Source: the human T2T-CHM13v2.0 reference genome, Homo sapiens
Assembly (NCBI RefSeq): GCF_009914755.1
Contig: NC_060933.1
Length of the DNA: 64,000 nucleotides
Reading direction: 5' to 3' (one strand)
Below are positions 1 through 10,985 of the stretch, one piece after another. Position 1 is the stretch's first letter; each line of letters opens with the position of its first letter. Both the position numbers and the translations under genes were made by a program. Below the pieces are notes generated by a model. That model was not told where the DNA came from. It was given only the letters and a program-made list of their open reading frames with translations, and made no database searches.

Positions 1-88
1 AAGACTCATTAAAGTCCATACTAAAGTATATGATGGATATGTCCATACTAAAGACTCATTAAAGTCCATACTAAAGTATATGATGGAT
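1..88. repeat. Tandem duplication with 50-bp period
   Basis: AAGACTCATTAAAGTCCATACTAAAGTATATGATGGAT occurs at 1-38 and 51-88; GTCCATACTAAAG occurs at 14, 41 and 64. Confidence 0.9.
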
Positions 89-149
89 GTGGGGAAGGAA
101 GGGCAGCAATGGAAAATTGACTCGCCTTTTGAAGAAGAGCTGCCTCCCT

Positions 150-1190
150 ACCTTATTCCTCCTGCAAAATAGACTCCAAATGAATTTAAAAATTTTCAAC
201 ATTAAAAAGACTCCATAAAATTAGTAGAAGAAAACATTAATAAATATGTTCTGTATAGCCTTGGGTCTTTCTAACTTCTTATTAAAAATTACATAAATTA
301 TAAAGTCTGTACAGACTTTAAACTTCTGTATAGTATAAACAAAACAAAACAAAAATCAGTAACAACTCAGAAACAAGGATGAAGAAAAAACAGAAAAATT
401 TCAACTATTTTACTGAAAAAAATAAAAATGAAGAAAAATATCTAATAACTACATGATATTAACAAGAAGCTCGCCTCAAAAAATAATAAATGGCCAATGG
501 AAATGAAAACAATGTAACTCCAGTGTCACTAGCAATCAGAGAAATGCAAATTAAAAACTAATAAGGATTTTCCCACCAACTACATTGGCAAAGTTTTAAA
601 AAGAGTTATAAAATCCAGTGCTTATAAAGATATGATATTGAAGGTACATTGACAAGTGGAAAGGGATAATGCTACAATTCTTCAGAAGGGTTGGCCAATT
701 ATATCAAATTATACAATTGTTAAATCTGTACATTCTTTGACCCAGAAAGTTCAAATTCACTGCTAGGAATTTGCTCTGAAGAGAATAATGCGCAAGTCTG
801 TTTGTTGAAGCATTGTTTATAATAACTTAAAAAATGGAAATACCTTACATAGCCACTGATTGGAAACAACTGATAAAAATTGTTGCATATACATACAATG
901 AAATAAGTAATCAATAAAATGATGTTGGATATAGACCAATTTATTGACTTGAAAAGATAGTCATTATTTCATGTTTAAAACAATCAGTTGAGAAAGGAGC
1001 ATGAATTATGACCTCATTTACATAAAATTCCACACACACACACACACACACACACACATCCAGATACAGAAAGAAAGATGATATCTGGAAGAATGTTCAA
1101 CAAAATGTAAACCATATCTATCTCTGAGCCATGGGATTAGAGGTTATTTACTTCATAGAACTTTTCTGAATGATTTTAATTTTTTGCAAA
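150..1190 (+). mobile_element. Ancient L1M (L1ME-like) 3' region, degenerate
   Basis: A-rich sequence with L1 motifs, e.g. 'aatcagagaaatgcaaattaaaa' (~535) and 'cattgtttataata...aaaaatggaaa' (~811). Boundaries approximate. Confidence 0.6.
1031..1058. repeat. (CA)n microsatellite
   Basis: Directly visible CA run. Confidence 0.95.
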
Positions 1191-2038
1191 TAATAATATA
1201 CAAAAGTGTATTTGATACACAACTACACATACACACATACATTGGGGATTTTCTGAAAACAAAACTTCAATTGGAAATGATTTCAAAGTAGAGAAAAGAA
1301 AAATGTCAGAGAAGTCCTAGCAAAGAAGGAAAGAGAGTTTGTGGGCAAGGCAGACAATTTCAGGCTACGTTTGTATGTAGATGATAGGAGCCTATATAGA
1401 AGAAATCACCACATCAGTGGCTGAAACTAGAGACAGAGGATGCCAAGAGGACTTAAATGGTGCAGACAACAAGCCTGACACATTCTATCTCTTGCACTGC
1501 AAATCCATGCATATCCTCCAAGATTACAATATGGTTTTCCATTTTTATGGAACAAGAGGACCTCGCTTCTTTTATGAGAGGAAGGGCAAAGCTTAAAAAA
1601 GTCAAAGTAGCCATCAAGGTACTACTGGCAAATGCAATATCAGAAAAGACATGATGCAAGAAGCCTCTAAATGTAGTAAGACTAGAACTGTTGATTACAG
1701 TGCTGCAGCTTGTCCCAAGGCTAGAGCTGATATTCATTGTCACCTTCGTCTGCTATGCATATTAGATTTCCCTCTGTAGCCCTTCACGTGGTCTGGATTG
1801 CATGCCTAATAGATGAGCCAGACCTTCGGGCCTGACGCATATGAGCCATGAGTTGACTTTCTCTTGTTGGGCTGTTTGGTGCAACTGCCCATTCACCATT
1901 TTCACTAAGCATGAAAGATTCTGTGACTCCTCTGGGTTCTGGGTATACTCTTTCCTGCCACCCTCGTGTAGCACAAACCTACCTCTTCACAGAAATCAGG
2001 GTCAATTACCCTATTTACAAATGTATACACCATTATAA

Positions 2039-2432
2039 TAATATGGTTTGGCTGTGTCCCCACCCAAATCTCATCTTGAATTTAGTGCTCATAATCCCTA
2101 TGTGTTGTGGGAGGGAGCAGGTGGAAGTAATTTAATCATGTGGGAGGTTACCCTCATGCTGTTCTCATGATAGTGAATGAGTTCTCACGATAGTGAGTGA
2201 GTTCTCACGAGAGCTGATGGCTTTGTAAAGGGTTTTTCCCCCTTTTGCTCTGCACTTCTACTTGCTGCCACCATGTGAAGAAGGACATGCTTGCTTCCTC
2301 TTCTGCCATGATTGTAAGTTTCCTGAGGCCTCCCCAGCCATGCTGAACTGTGAGTCAATTAAACCTCTTTCCTTTATAAATTACCCAGTCTCTGGTATGT
2401 CTTTATTAGCAGTGTAAGAATGGACTAGTATA
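2039..2432 (+). mobile_element. THE1-family (THE1C/D-like) MaLR solo LTR
   Basis: Starts 'atatggtttggctgtgtccccacccaaatctcatcttgaa' and ends 'ttataaattacccagtctctggtatgtctttattagcagtgtaagaatggactagtata'. Has an internal 20-bp duplication at 2161-2210. Confidence 0.9.
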
Positions 2433-2469
2433 ATAATCTACTGCCTAAGGAGGACATAGAAAGTTTTTT

Positions 2470-3680
2470 TTAAATAATTTTCCATAATCCCAGAAAATTA
2501 TCCTGTGCCCTTTTCTATTCAATCCCCATTTCCAGAAGAAATCACTATTCTGTTGTCTATCAATATAGGTTTTTTTGCTCATTCATTAACTCAATATAAA
2601 TGGATTCATAGATAACATAATCTGTGCTTATATCATTTTGCTAAGTATGTATCTTTGTGATTCATTCATATGGTTGCATGTATCAGTAGTTCCTTTCATT
2701 TTAATAACTGTAGTATCCCATTGTATAGATACACAAATGGTTTATCTATTCTACTAAAGAAGGATACTTGAGTTGTTCACAGTTTCTAGCCATTATGAAT
2801 AAAGCTACTATGGACATTTGTGAATCTATATTTTCATGTCTCACATAAAAATCTAGAATTGTTATGTAATAAGGTAAATGTTTAATTGTCTAAGTAAATG
2901 CCAGCTTTCCAACATGAATGTACATTTTAGTGCTCTGATCAGCAATGTATGAGAATTCTAATTTCTCTACACTCTCACTGAAAGCTGCTGTTATTAGTTG
3001 TTGTTTTTTTTTTGTTTTCTTTGCTTTGTTTTGTTTTGTTAGCCACTCTAGATGTGAAGCGGTATTTCACAACAGTTTTCCTGGTGACTAAGTATGTTGA
3101 GCACATTTTTATTCATTTATTGGTCATTTATATATGTATATTTTTTGAAGAATCTTTTCAAGTCTTTTGCCCATTTGTTAAACTGGGGGTATTTATCTTT
3201 TTAGTCTTAAGTACGAAAGTTCTGTATGTATTTTATCTTTGTTTGTTTGTTTTTGAGACAGGGTCTTGCTCTGTCACCCAGGCTGTGCAGTGGTGCCATC
3301 ACAGCTCACTGCAGCCTCAACGTCCTGGGCTCAAGCTACCCTCCCACCTCAGCCTCCAGAGTACCTGAGAACACAGGAATGTGCCACCACACTGGGCTAA
3401 TTTTTTTATTGTTGGTAGGGATGGGGTCTTGCTATGTTGCCCAGGCTGGTCTCGAACTCCTGGACTCAAGCAATCCACCTGCCTCCCAAAGTATAGGCAT
3501 AAGCCACCATACCTGGCCTCTTTATGTATTTTAGATAAAATCCTTTGAAAGATCTATTATAAACAATTTTATAATCTCTGGCTAATCTAGTAATGTTCTT
3601 GTTGGCATCATCTGTTGAACACAGATTTTCATTTTGACATTGTTCAATTGATCAATTTTTGGCTTTTAAGATTACCGTTT
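2470..3680 (-). mobile_element. Old L1M 3' fragment (antisense), interrupted by an Alu
   Basis: Reverse-strand L1 3' motifs 'gtagtatcccattgtatagata', 'cattatgaataaagctactatggacatt' and 'gttgagcacatttttattcatttattggtcatt'. Confidence 0.7.
3237..3518 (-). mobile_element. Alu (AluJ-like)
   Basis: 'gagacagggtcttgctctgtcacccaggct...acagctcactgcagcctcaa...ctcaagcaatccacctgcctcccaaagt'. Confidence 0.9.
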
Positions 3681-3683
3681 TCT

Positions 3684-3982
3684 GGCTGAGCATGGCTGCT
3701 CACTCCTGTAATCCCAGCACTTTGGGAGGCTGAGGTGGATGGATCACTTGAGGCCAGGAGTTTGAGACCAGCCTGGCCAACATGCTGAAACTCCATCTCT
3801 ACTAGAAATACAAAAAGTTAGCCAGGCATGGTGGCTTACCTCTATAATCCCAACTACTCAGGAGGCTGAGACACAAGAATCACTTGAACCCAGGAGGCGG
3901 AGATTGCAGTGAGCTGCGATTGTGCCACTGCACTCCATCCTGAGCAACAGAGTGAGACTCTGTCTCAAAAAAAAAAAAAAAA
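3684..3982 (+). mobile_element. Alu (old S/J-type)
   Basis: Full dimer with poly-A tail. Confidence 0.95.
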
Positions 3983-3989
3983 GCTGTTT

Positions 3990-5461
3990 TCTACTTGTAA
4001 TTCTTGCCAAGATAGAGGAAAAAAGACTGCATTTACTTGCCTTCCTGAGTTAACTTTAAAAATGGAAAACATATATGACACACAGTTCTCAAGACCCTGA
4101 ATATCAGGCGACAAAACCCAGTAATCACTGAGAGACAGGAAACAGAGGAGTTGAGCCTGAGGACTGTCCCAGGTTACTGCCTTGACAGAGTTCCTTGGGA
4201 ATACAGATGCAAAACTTTAAAACAATAATTTAGAAAATCCCAGCCAACAATATTTAAAAAGGATAGTAAATCATGACCAAATGAAGTTTATCCAGGAATT
4301 CAAGGTTAGTTTATTCTACAAAAAGTAATCAATATAATTCACCATATTTACAAACTTAAAAAGAAAAACCACATGATTATCTCAACAGATGCAGAAAAAT
4401 CATTTAGCAAAATCCAAAATCTATTCTTTGTTAATACTTTCACTAAACTAGAAATAGAAGGGACTTCCTCAAACTTATAAAAAGACATCTATTAAAAGTT
4501 TAAAACTAATATCTTTCTTAATGGCAAAAGACTGTTCTCAATCTCTATATTAAACATTGTACCAAGGGTTGTAACCAGCAATCAGTAATTTAAAATTAAA
4601 ATTAACAAGAAATACCACTTACATTGGTATCAGAAAATGTAAAATGCATTAGGATAAATCTGAATCTGACAAAATACATAAAACATTGCTGAGAGAAATT
4701 AAGAGACATAAATAAATGCAGAATGTTCATTTGTCAGAAGTCTAACACTTTTTTGAGACTTTGTTATTGACACAACAGCTTCTGAAATGTTTTTCACAGA
4801 GAGTATAGGGGCTTTTATCGATTTTCGGCTTTTAAGATTACTGACAAGACTATTATTGTCAATGATCCCCAAATTGATCTATAGATTAAATACAATACAA
4901 TCAAAATCTCAGCTCACATTTTTGTAGAAATTGACAACCTATTCTAAAACTCGTATGGAAATGTAAAGGACCTGGAATAACCAAAACAACTTTGAAAGAG
5001 AAGACCAAATATAGTGTACTCACACTATCTGATTTTAAAACTTATTATAAATTGGGATATTGCGGTATTGATGTAAAAATCAATAAATACATCAATGGAA
5101 CAGAATAGAGAATCCAGAGACTCACACATATATTGACTAATGGTTCTCAGCAATTTGTTCAGGTAATTCAGCAGAGAACAAATGATGCTTAAAAAATTAC
5201 ATATCTATAGGCCAAAAAGCCCCAAAACCTTCTATCCATACCATTCATCATCTTCAAAAATTAACTCAAATAGCTCACAGTCTTAAATGTAAAATCCAAA
5301 AGCTTCTATGAGAAAAACACAGAAAAAAAAATCTGTGTGACCCTGAGTTAGGAAAAATCTTATTGGGTATGACACCAAATATATGATCCATAAAAGAAAA
5401 AGAAAGATGACTTTAACTCCATCAATACTAAAACTTCTGTTCTTCAAAAGATACCATTAGG
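3990..5461 (+). mobile_element. Host L1M (L1MD-like) segment 1: short 5' region joined to ORF2 RT/3' portion
   Basis: ORF2 motifs 'catgaccaaatgaagtttatccaggaattcaaggttag', 'ctcaacagatgcagaaaaatcattt' and 'aaacttctgttcttcaaaagataccatt'. The element resumes at ~10586. Confidence 0.75.
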
Positions 5462-6056
5462 CCCAGAGCTGGGACACGGCAAACCCATCAGCCGCCCCTC
5501 TCCAACATGTGCCCAGTCCCCCTCAGGGCCCGAAAGGCCACTGTCACCCCCGTGGGAGTCCAGCGCCTCCTGCTGAAGAACTCGACAAGATGGCAGCTCC
5601 AAGGGCAGATGGAGGCCAAGTCACTCTGCTCATTTCCAGAGGCTAGGAGGCTGCCTTTCTAATGTGACCATCCACTCGCTCTGGCCCTCACTGTCACAGT
5701 GGCTGGCACCACTCTGGGCCTGCTGCCCACACAGACTGTGGGGATGAGGGAGCAGGACCCAGGCTGTCCTCACGCCTGTCTTGGAAAGAGCAGGGCTGAG
5801 TGCAGGAGTGTGATTCCCCAGGAGGTGCTCATCCCAGCAGCTTCAGGCTCTCGTCCTCATCAGTTCTGCACCTGCTGCAACAAATGGCATGGCCAGGCAC
5901 ACGATAATGTTGGAAGAAACCTCTATAGAGAAGAAAGACACCACAGGCAGGCCATGGTCCAGACAGCCACTGCAGAGCAGATGGGGCCTGCGCCCCTTCA
6001 ATTTGGCCAAAGAAGCCCCCATAGTCTACACAAAAAAAATTTCCAGAAGCTGTTGT

Positions 6057-6711
6057 TGTTGCCAAACCAAGCGGAGGATAGGGCTGCTATTTCTTTCGGC
6101 CCAATAACGAGATGCAGATGAGCTGGGGAAGAAGAGAGTTTTTAATTCTGTAACTGCTTACAGGGAGAAGGCCTGGAAATTATAGCCAGACTAACTCAAA
6201 ATTACAAAGTTTTCCAGAGCTTATATACCTTCTAAGTTCTATGTCTACGTATAAGTGTGCATTCATCTAAAGACATAAGTGATTAACTTCTTAAAATCTA
6301 TAACTAAGGTCTGAGGGTCTGAGTCTTGAAGACCTTCCTTTGGAGCCTCAGTAAATTTGCTTAATCTAAATGGATCCAGGGCTGGGGTGATTACCCTTAT
6401 CTTGTCTCCTGCTATATTATGACGGTTTGGGGAGTTCGTTCACACCTCAATAAACTTGTTTGTGGAGGCCTGGGGAGTTTATTCAGACCACAATAAAACT
6501 TGTTTAATCCTAAATGGGTCCTGTTAATAATTCCCTTGTGATTTTGTTATGCTTTAAGGCCAAGGAAAGCCCTAGGCAAAACTCTTGGTGGGCTTTTGTT
6601 ACATTCCAGCTTTTGTATAAGGGCACTGACTTTTAATATTTAACCTAGCCATTCAGTCAGTACTGAAACAGTTGTTATGGAGGCCTGCATTAGTAAGACT
6701 TGGCCTGCACA
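6057..6711 (-). mobile_element. ERV1-class solo LTR (LTR15-like; subfamily tentative)
   Basis: TG...CA termini; the minus strand starts TGTGCAGGCCAAGTCTTACTAATGCAGGCCTCCATAACAACTG. 4-bp TSD TTGT (6053-6056) / TTTT (6712-6715), supported by the empty-site copy at 4750-4816. Confidence 0.8.
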
Positions 6712-7685
6712 TTTTGTCAATAACAAAATCTCAAAAACAAACAAACAAAAATCCATAAACACACACACACACAAAATCATCAACACTAAAAATCATTCTT
6801 GAGTGTGATTTGCAAACTAGAGTCTGAGTCTGCAGAGGCATTCCAGGAACAAGATACCACCCTCATATCCAGATCCATATGTCCTATCCATCATGCCAGG
6901 GAAAATGTTCCATTCACCATGGCACAAGAGTTGTAGCAGGAGTTTTCCTATTCATCTGCTTCTACCCTTTAATAGAAAATAACTTATCAGTCCTCAGCTT
7001 CTGCTTCTGGTTTCAGAGTTCTCTCTGTGTTGGAGGGGTTTTAATGCTAGAGGGGCTTTGACCCACTTACTTCTATTCACAGTTCTGAATATGGAGGTCA
7101 AGAGGGGAAAGTGACATGTTCCAAGTCAGAGTCAAAAAGAAAACAAACAACAACGGACCCCCTAGTGTATAGTGGGCATTGGTGAGCTACGGGGGCTATG
7201 GAGGTGATGAAAACACTGTCCCTTCTTTAAGGAGCTCAATCTAGCAGGGGGGACAGACTCTTTGTAGGCAGGAACAGTCTTCCCTGCCACAGAAGGAAAC
7301 TTGCAATCAGGGTAATGAGCCCCACCAGGGACAGGCCACCATGCTGCCCTGAGAGGATCATGTGTGGACACAGGGCTGTGGCAAGGCCTTGCCTTGACTC
7401 TCTAGCTGTGCTATAGGGCCAAGTGGGGCCAGGAGTGGCCTGAGGAAGTGGTAGCCAGGAGCTCTATCTACTTCTCCAGGGCCCTGCATAAGTAATGTCA
7501 TTTCTATTTGCACAGCAAAATCAGACACATAGGTTTCTAGAACACGAGATGCCTCCTCTCCCCCTGGCCCAGGAGACGGTCTATGCTGGTTGGTGAGCCT
7601 TTGTTTGTGTTACAGTCAGAACACTCCACAGAGTTCCAAGTGGTCAATTGTGACCCACAGGCCACTGGCAAGTGGAGGAAGAGCT

Positions 7686-9830
7686 GTGGAGCCCTCGGGA
7701 GCCACAAAGGGCCTGCTGCCCACCACACAATGCCTGTGCAGCTGCTGCTGGCCCCCCTGTGGGCAGCAGTGCTAGTGATATACAGAATCCTGGGACTAGT
7801 GCCAGTGACCCTATGGATACCCTGGGTGGTCTGGGCATGCATTGCTGTGGTGGCCTTTATGGTCAGGAGATGACATGCAGTAAGAAGAAGGGAGGAGCCA
7901 GCACAAAGGGATTCAGCCCAGGGTGAGGTCCATGAAAAGGCCAGAGCCAAAATGCAGCCAGCACCCCAGGCCAGTGCTGGCCTCATGTCACCCAGGCTGG
8001 GGGCCAGTTCTTGATCACCCCAAACCCTCTGCTTGAGGGTTCTCAAGGAAATGAGCAGTTCTTCCCATCGGGACCTAGGTGAACTGAAAAGAGCAGGAAA
8101 AAGCAGGCCTCCTGAACTTCCTCGAGTGACTGATCCAAGGCACTTCCTGCATCCTTCACTGCATCATGGAGAAGATATTCGGAGGTGAAGCATGAATGAT
8201 CTGAATGACCACACTGACTGTCAGCAACCTGCAGAGCTGCCTGACTAAGAAATCTGAGACTGAAGCAACGCTTGCAGACAAAGAAGGAGAAGAGACAGAA
8301 AGGCCAGAGCAGGTCAAGGCAGGAATCAAACACACCACAAATGTTGGAGTGAGGCGACTGACCTCCCTGACCCACACCCCACCGAGTGCCCTGCATCTAC
8401 TCCAGGGCAGTAGAGACCACATGGAGGATGAGGACTTAGCAGTGGAGGGAAACATGAAATCAGGACATGGTGGTTCCCCAGCGTCCCAGCCACAAGTCCC
8501 TCTGAAGAGTGTGGATGACGATGGTGACTTAAGTTCATCTTTCAAATGTCCTGAGGGGGAGACTGGAGTAGCAGACATGCAATTGTGGGAAGAATTCCAA
8601 AGGAGTACAGAACGCACAGCACAAGTTCAAAATGTTGATCAGCGAGCGAGCCTCTCTGCAGTGTGCTAGGGCACCGCAGGGGAGGGAGCTCACAAAGCTG
8701 CAGCTGGGGCTTCCTGCTGTGCCTGAACTACACCGAGAATGCATGATGGGACCTCATCAGGAGTCCATGGAGGAGAACAACTACTACCAGGACCTTGACC
8801 AGAGACTTTACAAGGTGCACTAATAGTTTAACTGTGTGTTACACTCGTGACCACTGCAAGAAGATGGCCCAAGACCTGGCCCAGGAATAGAGGAAAAACA
8901 CTTCCAATTTTCAGAGGGAGATCTTCTTCCTTGAGAAAATGGCCCAGAAAGGCTGGATGGCTGCCATGTCTATGGAGAGAGCACTCCAGGTGCTCTTGTT
9001 ACTGGTAGTTAGACAGGTATAAGCTGGGCAAGAGAGGGCTCTCCCACCCACTAGGAATGTAAGATAATGGTTCAGCAATTATGACATTGCCTCTCTAAAA
9101 GTGATAAATTGGCAGCTGGCACCAGGGAGAGGCCATTTCCTGATGGTCCACAGCCATTGCACTAAAATGTTAATTGAACACAGGCGCCAGGGAGAAGCAC
9201 CTTCGTGGGCATGCGCATTGAGAGACAAAATGGCAGAGTATGACCTCCTAGGGGCACTCCACTGGAAAAGGGAAGAAGCCTCAGATGGGCATGTGTATGA
9301 CTTCATAAACACACTGTGCATGCTCACTTCCCAAGGGTAAGAGGGGCACTGCTCATGTGGTCAGCCCACCCTAAGGGAAGTATCCTGGGAAAGGAGCCAG
9401 CCTATAAAGTCCTAGGATCACTGTTAAATGTTGCACTTGTTCAAGTTACCCACTTGGGTCTCTTCTAAGCGTACTTTCCTTTCCTTTCTTTCCTGTTCTA
9501 AAGCCTTTTTCTATAAACTTTCACTCCTGCTCTGAAACTTGCCTCAATCTCTGTTTCTGCATTGTGCCCCTCAGTTGAATTCTTTCTTCTGAGGAGGCAA
9601 GAATTGAGGTTGCTGTGGACCCATACAGATTCACCACCAGTAGCTCAGATACCTTCCACCAGTAACACTCTGGAAAGAAAACAGGCAGAAGCCCACTGAC
9701 TGTGGGGTCAGGTTCTGGCCTTTCCCAACAGGCTTTTTGGCTCCTGGGGCTCTGCCCACAGCCCATAGGGGCTCAGAAGTACCAGGGGGACCATGGGCCA
9801 CCAGGGCCCCCAAGAGGAAGGCAGGTCATG
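7686..9830 (+). pseudogene. Degenerate cTAGE5/MIA2-like coding relic (TM + coiled-coil), frameshifted and LTR-interrupted
   Basis: Colinear peptide blocks match recalled cTAGE5. VEPSGAT ~ MEEPGAT; WIPWVVWACIAVVAF ~ GFPWELVICAAVVGF; EDEDLAVEGNMKSGHGGSPASQPQVPLK ~ [57 protein letters not shown]..RLYKV ~ EQASLQ..ENQKLQQKLKVMTELYQE..VEENY..KLSKV; KKMAQDLAQE..FQREIFFLEKMAQKGWMAAMSMERAL ~ RKRAKDLEEE..YQGQIISHEKKAHDNWLAARNAERNL. No introns between these blocks. Confidence 0.8.
8997..9667 (+). mobile_element. ERV1-class solo LTR (LTR9/MER50-like)
   Basis: 10-bp terminal inverted repeat TGTTACTGGT...ACCAGTAACA, perfect 4-bp TSD CTCT (8993-8996 / 9668-9671), TATA-like CTATAAAG at ~9402. Confidence 0.88.
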
Positions 9831-10131
9831 ATGGGAGGGGTTGGGTCCAGAGCACCTGCTGGTTTGATTCTGTTTTCCCTGTAGCTGGGTCCTGAATGCC
9901 CACAGACTCATAAAACGTTAATGTAGCTACTATTCATTAGTTGATGCTGAAGTTGCTGTCATTGAAGTTTGACAGATAGCATTAGGATTGTAAGGTATTG
10001 TTTTTCAGATAAAGATTGTTTAACATAATTCTTACAAATACATTATTTTCACATCTCTGGGCCATTCAGAACTATGTAAGTACTGTATTATATTTTCGTT
10101 TAGAGAAAGGGCCCCTCTTACCTCAATATCA

Positions 10132-10985
<854 letters not shown>

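Noticed and set aside
3237-3982. Closely spaced inverted Alu pair (also 37172-38570)
   Set aside because: Different, diverged subfamilies in a common arrangement; relevant only if transcribed.
5699-6121. 140-aa ORF
   Set aside because: GTG start, runs into an antisense LTR, and has no recognizable homology.
7537-8617. Minus-strand ORFs of 117-169 aa
   Set aside because: Antisense shadows of the GC-rich cTAGE-like relic on the plus strand.
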